Source: a virus. From it: a stretch of 45,228 bases of DNA. This document shows positions 39,774-45,228 of the stretch, one piece after another. A program made the position numbers and the translations under genes. How positions within the stretch are numbered: the stretch's first letter is position 1; each line of letters starts with the position of its first letter. Where the stretch lies: the IMG/VR virus record IMGVR_UViG_3300038379_000089, positions 1-45,228 of that record. One strand, given 5' to 3'. The notes under the pieces are model-generated. The model was not told the origin of the DNA and searched no databases. It saw only the letters and a list, made by a program, of their open reading frames with translations.

Positions 39774-41439
39774 AATATTTTACGGACATGCCCCCTGTTT
39801 CGAGTGCCCTTCTTCGGACGCCATGGGTGTGTGGCAGGATCACTCTTTCTGCTTTTCGTGCGGTACGCGGTTCAGTTACACAGAAGCAAGGGAACGCCCT
39901 GATAAATTCGTAAGCACCAGTAAAAGAAAAAGGAAAGGAAGATACATGAGCGAAGATGGAATAAACGAGATCATAACAGGGGACGAGCCAACAACCCTCA
40001 CAGACAGGCGTCTCTCCAAGGCCACGCTGGAGCACTACGGGGTGACCCTCAGGTACGACGATAAGGGCAATCCAGTACAGCACTTCTATCCGTATTACGA
40101 TGCGGAAGGTAAGCTGGCAGCCACCAAGGTGCGGGAGACGGTGCCCGAAAAGGATTTCTTCATCACCGGAAACATCAAAGGGACGCAGCTATTCGGCCAG
40201 CACCTGCTCCAGAAAGGGGGGAAGTACATTACCCTGTGCGAAGGGGAGATAGATGCCATGTCCAATTACGAGATGCTTGGATACCCCGGAATAGGCGTCA
40301 AGTCCTCTTCTCAGGCCGTGTCCGACTGTAAGTTGCATTTTGATTTTATTAATTCATTCGAAAACATCATCATCGCTTTTGATAACGACAAGCCCGGGCA
40401 GCAGGCGGCGGATAAGGTGGCGCGGCTGTTCAAGGCGTCGAAGGTCAAGATCGTCAACATGAATCCGTACAAAGACATTAACGAGTTTTTGGTAGACGGA
40501 AAGAAAGCGCTGTGGGAGAAGACGTGGTGGAACGCCGCTGCTTTTCAGATAGACGGCATTGTCGCCGGTAGCGGGCTATGGGCCGTGTTGTCTAAAGAAG
40601 ATACGTTCACTTCTATCCCGTACCCGTATGAAGGCATGAATAAAAAGCTGTATGGCTTCCGCACAAGCGAGATGATAACACTTACGGCAGGCACGGGGGC
40701 CGGGAAGACAACCTTCCTTAAACACCTTGCGCTCTGGATAGCGAAACAAACCCCGCCGGAGGTAAAGATAGGGATGCTTATGCTGGAGGAGACGGTGAGG
40801 GAGACGGGATTGGGCCTTATGTCCGCGGCAGCCGGTATTCCTTTCCATCTTCCGGACGCAAAATATACCGAGGAGCAGCGTAAAAAAGCGTTCAGTGAGG
40901 CACTGGGCAGCGGGCGGTTCTTTTTTCACGATCATTTCGGCAGTACTTCTATAGATAACATCATAGATAAGGTGCACAAGCTGGCCACGCAGTACGACTG
41001 TAAATATATTATTCTCGACCATATATCTATTATTGTATCGGATCAACAAAGCGGGGATGAAAGGAGAGCGCTCGATGAAATTGCTACAAAACTTAAAACT
41101 TTTTGCACTAACCGGGATATCTGCTTATTTATTGTCTGTCACCTTAAACGAGTTGGTGGAAAACCGGCTGAAGAAGGGGGACAGATCTCTCTTTCGGACT
41201 TGCGGGGAACTGCCGGAATTGGGCAACTCTCTAACGTTGTTATTGGTCTGGAAAGAGACATCCAGAATGATGATGCGGAGCTGGCTAACAGGGTTAAAGT
41301 CCGGATTCTCAAGAACAGGTTCGCAGGCAAGGCCGGTATAGCGTGCGAGCTTGAGTTCGATTACGATAATTATTGTTTCCGGGAGGTAGAGCCAATGGAT
41401 GCGCCTGCCGAGCCGTTCAAAGTAGTGGAGTGCAAATAA
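39763..41439 (+). CDS. Bifunctional DNA primase-helicase (T7 gp4-like)
   Basis: Zn finger CFEC...CFSC. TOPRIM motifs LCEGEIDAMS and IIAFDNDKPGQQAA. Walker A LTAGTGAGKTTF, Walker B YIILDHIS, then LFIVCHLKR. ATG 39763 after GAGGAGGGGG; the track ORF starts at TTG 39691. Confidence 0.9.
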   Translation: MSDEIFYGHAPCFECPSSDAMGVWQDHSFCFSCGTRFSYTEARERPDKFVSTSKRKRKGRYMSEDGINEIITGDEPTTLTDRRLSKATLEHYGVTLRYDDKGNPVQHFYPYYDAEGKLAATKVRETVPEKDFFITGNIKGTQLFGQHLLQKGGKYITLCEGEIDAMSNYEMLGYPGIGVKSSSQAVSDCKLHFDFINSFENIIIAFDNDKPGQQAADKVARLFKASKVKIVNMNPYKDINEFLVDGKKALWEKTWWNAAAFQIDGIVAGSGLWAVLSKEDTFTSIPYPYEGMNKKLYGFRTSEMITLTAGTGAGKTTFLKHLALWIAKQTPPEVKIGMLMLEETVRETGLGLMSAAAGIPFHLPDAKYTEEQRKKAFSEALGSGRFFFHDHFGSTSIDNIIDKVHKLATQYDCKYIILDHISIIVSDQQSGDERRALDEIATKLKTFCTNRDICLFIVCHLKRVGGKPAEEGGQISLSDLRGTAGIGQLSNVVIGLERDIQNDDAELANRVKVRILKNRFAGKAGIACELEFDYDNYCFREVEPMDAPAEPFKVVECK

Positions 41440-41885
41440 TGAAACACGCATTGGGTACTATTGCTGAAGAGAAAGATATCGAAAATATCCGCACGCATTT
41501 CGGGTTCGACAAGTTTGTAGGAGAGTTCCAAAGCCCCATCAACGGGGAGATTTCCACATCCGGTATGTTGTTCTGGCAGAAGGAGATCCCCGAAGAGACC
41601 TACAAGCGTGTGAAAAACCCTAACGATGTATCTAATTATGCTTTCGTGTTCCGAGGTATTGACGGGCGTTTGTGGATACGCAACGGGCTGCCGTGGGCCG
41701 AGAAGAAATACACAGGAAAGATAACACCGAATGGAGACTTCATTTATTCCCGGTCACGCCATGATTGCGTAATCCACGATGATTGCATGATAGACGGCGG
41801 GGAGGACTACGTTCGTTCTTTTGGGAAGGGAGAACTGGTAGACTTCCACATCAAGGACGGGGAGATTGTGCTCGGTGAAGATTAA
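41439..41885 (+). CDS. Hypothetical protein (148 aa)
   Basis: ATG 41439 overlaps the primase stop (TAATG). The blocks YSRSRHDCV and MIDGGEDYVRS recall a recurrent phage family of unknown function. Confidence 0.7.
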   Translation: MKHALGTIAEEKDIENIRTHFGFDKFVGEFQSPINGEISTSGMLFWQKEIPEETYKRVKNPNDVSNYAFVFRGIDGRLWIRNGLPWAEKKYTGKITPNGDFIYSRSRHDCVIHDDCMIDGGEDYVRSFGKGELVDFHIKDGEIVLGED

Positions 41886-42069
41886 GCTGGCGCTATGTGG
41901 GTTGGTGTTAGCGTGCCTCTGGTTTATAACCATGCAGCAGGTGTACTACGGATACGCCCTGTACTGGGTGAAGGCGGAGAACGAAACATACCGACTTAAC
42001 CTTGACTTTCGGCGGGCGATGATGTTAAAATACAAATACAAATGTGAAGGAGACGAAGATGGAAGATGA
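41875..42069 (+). CDS. Small membrane protein (about 64 aa)
   Basis: Track ORF 41866-42069. GTG 41875 is better spaced from the GGAG at 41861-41864. TM segment LALCGLVLACLWFI. Confidence 0.45.
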   Translation: MKIKLALCGLVLACLWFITMQQVYYGYALYWVKAENETYRLNLDFRRAMMLKYKYKCEGDEDGR

Positions 42070-42256
42070 AAAGCACTATTATACTCTTACAAAATACCGG
42101 CCTCCTCCGAGATACGTTTATGTTGAAGATGGGCAGGAATTGAGCGGGGGAGAAAATCTTTTATCGAGCCAAACAAGTCGCGTCAGGGAGGTTTGTTTAT
42201 TTCGAAACATAACAAGAGCTGAGGGCCTTCTTAAAAGATACCAATTCTGGACTTGA
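42059..42256 (+). CDS. Hypothetical protein (65 aa)
   Basis: ATG 42059, 6 nt after AAGGAG, inside track ORF 42044-42256. Confidence 0.5.
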   Translation: MEDEKHYYTLTKYRPPPRYVYVEDGQELSGGENLLSSQTSRVREVCLFRNITRAEGLLKRYQFWT

Positions 42257-42322
42257 GGAGAGGTACCGTGCTTGGCAGAAGTGGGTTCAGGAAAGTGATA
42301 AAGATGACGCAGTGGGGCTCGC

Positions 42323-42463
42323 ATGAAGGACGAATTCAACAGTAAGACAGCTACCCAGACGCAGGTCATGTGCGGGAAGTGTAAACTCCCTGTGGTGAAT
42401 AAATCCTGTGGTTGCCCGGATGTGGTGTACGTCAAGATCAGGAGAAGCGGGATAGGGATTTAA
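42323..42463 (+). CDS. 46-aa Cys-rich micro-protein (CGKC...CGC), uncertain
   Basis: Read by eye: ATG 42323, TAA 42461-42463. MKDEFNSKTATQTQVMCGKCKLPVVNKSCGCPDVVYVKIRRSGIGI. Confidence 0.3.
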   Translation: MKDEFNSKTATQTQVMCGKCKLPVVNKSCGCPDVVYVKIRRSGIGI

Positions 42464-42550
42464 AGTTTATGGGGCAGTCTCTTGTCTGGTTTAGTCTCGC
42501 TTTCTAGAAGCCGTTGATAAAGCCCATAGGAGCCTGCCCCACCAGATTAA

Positions 42551-42760
42551 ATGAAGGAGAGGTCTAATGGAAACAATATTAAAGTGGTTCATTATAATGA
42601 CGTTCAGCAGCCTGAGTATTTTTACGGCCAGCAAGAATTACTGCGTTGCAAATTCGAGGACAATCGAAATTGCCAGAGAGTGCGTGAGATGACGCAAACA
42701 TCCTTGAAGGTATTTTCGACCGAAAGGAAACCGTATGAAGAAAGCATTGGAGGACTTTGA
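42551..42760 (+). CDS. Hypothetical protein (69 aa); competes with 42567-42692
   Basis: ORF track, but there is no RBS before ATG 42551. Confidence 0.35.
   Translation: MKERSNGNNIKVVHYNDVQQPEYFYGQQELLRCKFEDNRNCQRVREMTQTSLKVFSTERKPYEESIGGL
42567..42692 (+). CDS. Alternative 41-aa hydrophobic peptide (METILKWFIIMTFSSLSIFTASK...)
   Basis: Different frame from 42551-42760. ATG 42567 lies 4 nt after AAGGAGAGG. TGA 42690-42692. Confidence 0.35.
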   Translation: METILKWFIIMTFSSLSIFTASKNYCVANSRTIEIARECVR

Positions 42761-42944
42761 GCAGATGTTGCGTTTTATTGAATCAACAAACATGACCAAC
42801 AAACGGGATGAATTACGGATTTTTAAAAGCGGAAGTCTATCAAAAAAAACAGAGTTTAGAATTATCGTTGATGGCAGAATAGGTAAAAGAGAAATTGAGA
42901 GATTGATAAAAAACCTTGAGATGGAGAGGGAAGTATTGGCATGA
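42735..42944 (+). CDS. Hypothetical protein (69 aa)
   Basis: ORF track. AAAGGAAA RBS. Lies in a local AT-rich island. Confidence 0.6.
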   Translation: MKKALEDFEQMLRFIESTNMTNKRDELRIFKSGSLSKKTEFRIIVDGRIGKREIERLIKNLEMEREVLA

Positions 42945-43252
42945 CCGCAGCGCAGAATGAAATGACGGAAGATTGTAGAGCAGCTTTTGAGAAATGGCTG
43001 AACGGAACGGTAGATGTACGCTACGAGTATGACCCAGTGTGTGGGTATACTCCACAAGAGGTCTATCAACTTTATCAATCATGGAGAGCAGCATGGAACA
43101 CCCGCCCATCCGAGGACAAGGCCGTGAGCGCGGAGATATTAGCGGAATTGTTGGACATCTGTAACTCCGAGAATATGTCGGCTATCCATGCCTTGGATTG
43201 TGTCAGGGAGGTCTTGGAAAAATGCATCGTGCCAAGCAAGGAGGGGGAATGA
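42941..43252 (+). CDS. Hypothetical protein (103 aa)
   Basis: ORF track. ATGA start/stop overlap. Confidence 0.65.
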   Translation: MTAAQNEMTEDCRAAFEKWLNGTVDVRYEYDPVCGYTPQEVYQLYQSWRAAWNTRPSEDKAVSAEILAELLDICNSENMSAIHALDCVREVLEKCIVPSKEGE

Positions 43253-43253
43253 A

Positions 43254-43397
43254 ATGAAATTTTCCATGGAATTTGCCATTGACCTTTTTCTTGCTTTATG
43301 TGGAGGCTATTCTCTTTTAATGGGTGAATACACACAAACATTATTGATACTTTGTTTAATGGAACTGCGACAGATTAAATATAAGATGAACTCATGA
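43254..43397 (+). CDS. Small membrane protein (47 aa)
   Basis: ATG 43254, 6 nt after AAGGAGGGGG, inside track ORF 43188-43397. TM segment FAIDLFLALCGGYSLLM. Confidence 0.5.
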   Translation: MKFSMEFAIDLFLALCGGYSLLMGEYTQTLLILCLMELRQIKYKMNS

Positions 43398-43540
43398 CAA
43401 ATACAGAAGGAGCAAAGAAAGAAATGAAAAAGAAAGAACTTAAAGGCTTGATTTACGAACTGTCTGTTAAGAAAGAGCGCCTTGAAGAACAGCATCGCCA
43501 ACTCAGGACGCGGATAATGATGCGGCGCTTGCGGATATGA
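43394..43540 (+). CDS. 48-aa coiled, basic micro-protein, uncertain
   Basis: Read by eye: ATGA overlap at 43394 (alternative ATG 43424 after GAAGGAG); TGA 43538-43540. Confidence 0.35.
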   Translation: MTNTEGAKKEMKKKELKGLIYELSVKKERLEEQHRQLRTRIMMRRLRI

Positions 43541-43580
43541 AGCGGCTTGCTGAGTTGGAAGCAGCGGGTAACGAGAGGGG

Positions 43581-44417
43581 ATGATGACAGCATACTACAA
43601 CGAGTTTAAACCGGAAGCCGCAGCGATGCTCCGCCAGCTTATCAAGGACGGGCTTATCGCACCCGGGGAAGTAGATGAACGGTCAATAACGGAGGTTACA
43701 GCAGATGACATCAAAGGATTTACCCAATGCCATTTCTTCGCCGGTATCGGTGGATGGTCAGTTGCTCTCAGGCAAGCCGGATGGCCCGATGACCGACCTG
43801 TTTGGACAGGCTCTTGCCCGTGCCAGCCGTTTAGCAGCGCCGGAAAACAAAAAGGAAAAGAAGATGAAAGACACCTCTGGCCAATCTGGTTCAACCTCAT
43901 CAGCGAGTGCCGACCTTCAATCGTTTTTGGAGAGCAGGTTAGCAGTGCTATTCCCCACGGATGGCTCGACGGAGTGTACGCTGACATGGAAGCAGAAGGT
44001 TACGCCGTCGGGGCGGCGGTATTGCCAGCTTGCTCCGTCGATGCGCCGCATAAAAGAGACCGATTGTGGTTTATGGCCGACCAGCCGAGCGCGGGATTAC
44101 AAGGACAGCGGGGATTTATCGGGGACCATGGTGCGGAAGGATGGCAAGAGCCGCTTGGACACAATACCGCGGCTGGCTTTTGGCACGACCCCGAATGGAT
44201 CATCTGCGGAGACGGCAAAGCCCGACGTATCCCCACAATTAAACCCGATGTTCACCGGATGGCTGATGGGCTACAGCCACGCTCACCTTACGAGTATGCG
44301 GACAGCTATGCTATCGTATCAATCGAAAAGGTCAAAGGCCACGCGGCATTGCTCCACGGATTAGGTAATGCGATAGTGCCGGAAGTTGCGGCGCGGTTCA
44401 TCAAAGCGTCAATGTAA
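43581..44417 (+). CDS. DNA (cytosine-5)-methyltransferase (278 aa)
   Basis: Motif I FAGIGG (43737-43754). Motif IV SCPCQPFS (PCQ at 43818-43826). ENV-like FGEQV (43926-43940). Motif VIII HKRDRLWF (44049-44072). Motif X GNAIVP (44364-44381). Confidence 0.9.
   Translation: MMTAYYNEFKPEAAAMLRQLIKDGLIAPGEVDERSITEVTADDIKGFTQCHFFAGIGGWSVALRQAGWPDDRPVWTGSCPCQPFSSAGKQKGKEDERHLWPIWFNLISECRPSIVFGEQVSSAIPHGWLDGVYADMEAEGYAVGAAVLPACSVDAPHKRDRLWFMADQPSAGLQGQRGFIGDHGAEGWQEPLGHNTAAGFWHDPEWIICGDGKARRIPTIKPDVHRMADGLQPRSPYEYADSYAIVSIEKVKGHAALLHGLGNAIVPEVAARFIKASM
43705..44364 (+). CDS. +1-frame ORF embedded in the methyltransferase gene (219 aa; WPT / LNP..WLMG protein)
   Basis: Open for 219 codons. ATG 43705 lies 9 nt after GGAGG (43691-43695). 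Contains MTDLFG (Met at 43789), LTWKQKVTPSGR (43981-44016), LWPTSRARDYKDSG (WPT at 44074-44082) and LNPMFTGWLMGY (44239-44274). See the first finding. Confidence 0.5.
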   Translation: MTSKDLPNAISSPVSVDGQLLSGKPDGPMTDLFGQALARASRLAAPENKKEKKMKDTSGQSGSTSSASADLQSFLESRLAVLFPTDGSTECTLTWKQKVTPSGRRYCQLAPSMRRIKETDCGLWPTSRARDYKDSGDLSGTMVRKDGKSRLDTIPRLAFGTTPNGSSAETAKPDVSPQLNPMFTGWLMGYSHAHLTSMRTAMLSYQSKRSKATRHCSTD

Positions 44418-44429
44418 AGGACTAAAACC

Positions 44430-44735
44430 ATGACCCAAAACAAGAAGGCGTTGGAGGCGGATATACGAGAGCTACAAATGGCCGCGAATATAGCTGATAC
44501 CTTTCACGGTAGAAACTGTATTGCCGCGCTAGATAGGATAGAAGCCGCCCTGCAATCCGCATCCGTGGGGGAGGAAGTTTTAAGGTTACTAGGTCGCATG
44601 ACTGAATGGGCTGAGATAGCTAATTCATTCGTTGACCCAGAAACGACAGATGTCACTATTGAAGGCGGTGAAACGTTTAACATGGCCGATGATATAGCCA
44701 AAGCAAAAGACCTCATCAACGGAGCCGCCAAATGA
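44430..44735 (+). CDS. Hypothetical acidic protein (101 aa)
   Basis: ORF track. AAGGA RBS. Confidence 0.65.
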   Translation: MTQNKKALEADIRELQMAANIADTFHGRNCIAALDRIEAALQSASVGEEVLRLLGRMTEWAEIANSFVDPETTDVTIEGGETFNMADDIAKAKDLINGAAK

Positions 44736-44745
44736 GAAGGAGGGG

Positions 44746-44994
44746 GTGATGCCGAAGGTTTATAATAAATATAAAGGCTACCCAGAGGATGCTATTTATG
44801 TTGGCAGAGGTTCGCCTTGGGGCAATCCCTTTGTAATAGGTAAAGACGGAAACAGAGAAGATGTGTGTAATAAATTTGAGAGTATCACGCTTCCACTTTT
44901 GGATGTTTCCGCTTTGCGTGGAAAAGACCTTGTTTGCTTTTGTGCCCCGTTGCGCTGCCATGCCGATGCTCTTTTAAGAAAGGCTAACAAATGA
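44746..44994 (+). CDS. DUF4326-like protein (82 aa)
   Basis: AAGGAGGGGG RBS. YVGRGSPWGNPF ... LVCFCAPLRCHADAL matches, from memory, the DUF4326 signature. Confidence 0.7.
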   Translation: MMPKVYNKYKGYPEDAIYVGRGSPWGNPFVIGKDGNREDVCNKFESITLPLLDVSALRGKDLVCFCAPLRCHADALLRKANK

Positions 44995-45107
44995 CCCCCA
45001 CTCCCGCCATGCAAAAGATAAGGGAAGCTTTGGAGTGGGCTAGCTGTAAATATTGGATGCCCCTGCAATCCGCCGCAGTAGAAACCAAGTACGGGAAGGA
45101 TGAATAG
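44991..45107 (+). CDS. 38-codon ORF bridging to the contig junction, uncertain
   Basis: Read by eye: ATGA overlap at 44991; TAG 45105-45107. The next ATG (45109, equal to position 8) follows after 1 nt. Confidence 0.3.
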   Translation: MTPTPAMQKIREALEWASCKYWMPLQSAAVETKYGKDE

Positions 45108-45228
45108 GATGAAAATATCCGACAGCGCGAAAATCCTGAAAGCTGTTTGTGTCGCCTGTATAGGGTATGCGTTAGGGGATGCAAGGAATGTTGTAGCTCT
45201 TTTTGATAAAAAAGGCGTCTACTCTGGA
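45102..45228. repeat. Terminal overlap, right copy (identical to 1-127)
   Basis: Same 127 bases as the window start. It ends exactly at the window end, as expected for a circular contig reported with a fixed-length overlap. Confidence 0.95.

Noticed and set aside
39436-40083. 73-aa (+) ORF at 39436-39657 and 157-aa (-) ORF at 39610-40083
   Set aside because: The first spans an intergenic stretch and has no RBS. It conflicts with the better-supported 48-aa zinc-ribbon ORF. The second is antisense to the primase zinc-finger/TOPRIM region.

Overview
The window is a complete dsDNA phage genome. Bases 1-127 are identical to 45102-45228, so the unique length is 45101 bp, and genes run without a break across the joined ends. 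No integrase, repressor, tRNA, CRISPR array or phage RNA polymerase was recognised.

Layout:
- Plus-strand early/replication block (34660 -> contig end -> 8052): a pentapeptide-repeat protein, DUF932-like and Cys-rich proteins, a T7 gp4-like primase-helicase, many tiny ORFs, a cytosine-5 DNA methyltransferase, a DUF4326-like protein, a family A DNA polymerase, an SSB-like protein, a RecB/Cas4-like nuclease, T7 endonuclease I, a metallophosphoesterase, an HExxH protein, and a split DUF5664 + MazG pyrophosphohydrolase.
- Minus-strand morphogenesis/lysis block (33037 -> 8056), podovirus-like: small and large terminase, portal, scaffold, capsid, three fibre-like genes, holin plus GH24 endolysin, a PLA2-like protein, overlapped spanins, tail tubular-like proteins, giant internal virion proteins, and an SLT transglycosylase.
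- The blocks diverge from a 1.6-kb non-coding control region (33038-34659) and converge at about 8053-8278.

Main second-look items:
1. The methyltransferase gene carries a 219-codon +1-frame ORF with its own GGAGG site. Its translation also looks like a conserved protein, so this may be a dual-coding locus.
2. An element of about 100 nt (GTGCCC boxes followed by a 50-nt polypyrimidine tract) is duplicated upstream of both the late operon and the replication operon.
3. The control region is rich in iteron-like repeats and contains a perfect DnaA box.
4. An early pentapeptide-repeat (DNA-mimic fold) gene is built from near-identical 15-bp units.
5. A CCxxHDxxY phospholipase A2-like gene is wedged into a split lysis cassette.

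All family assignments are motif-level readings made by eye and need database confirmation.
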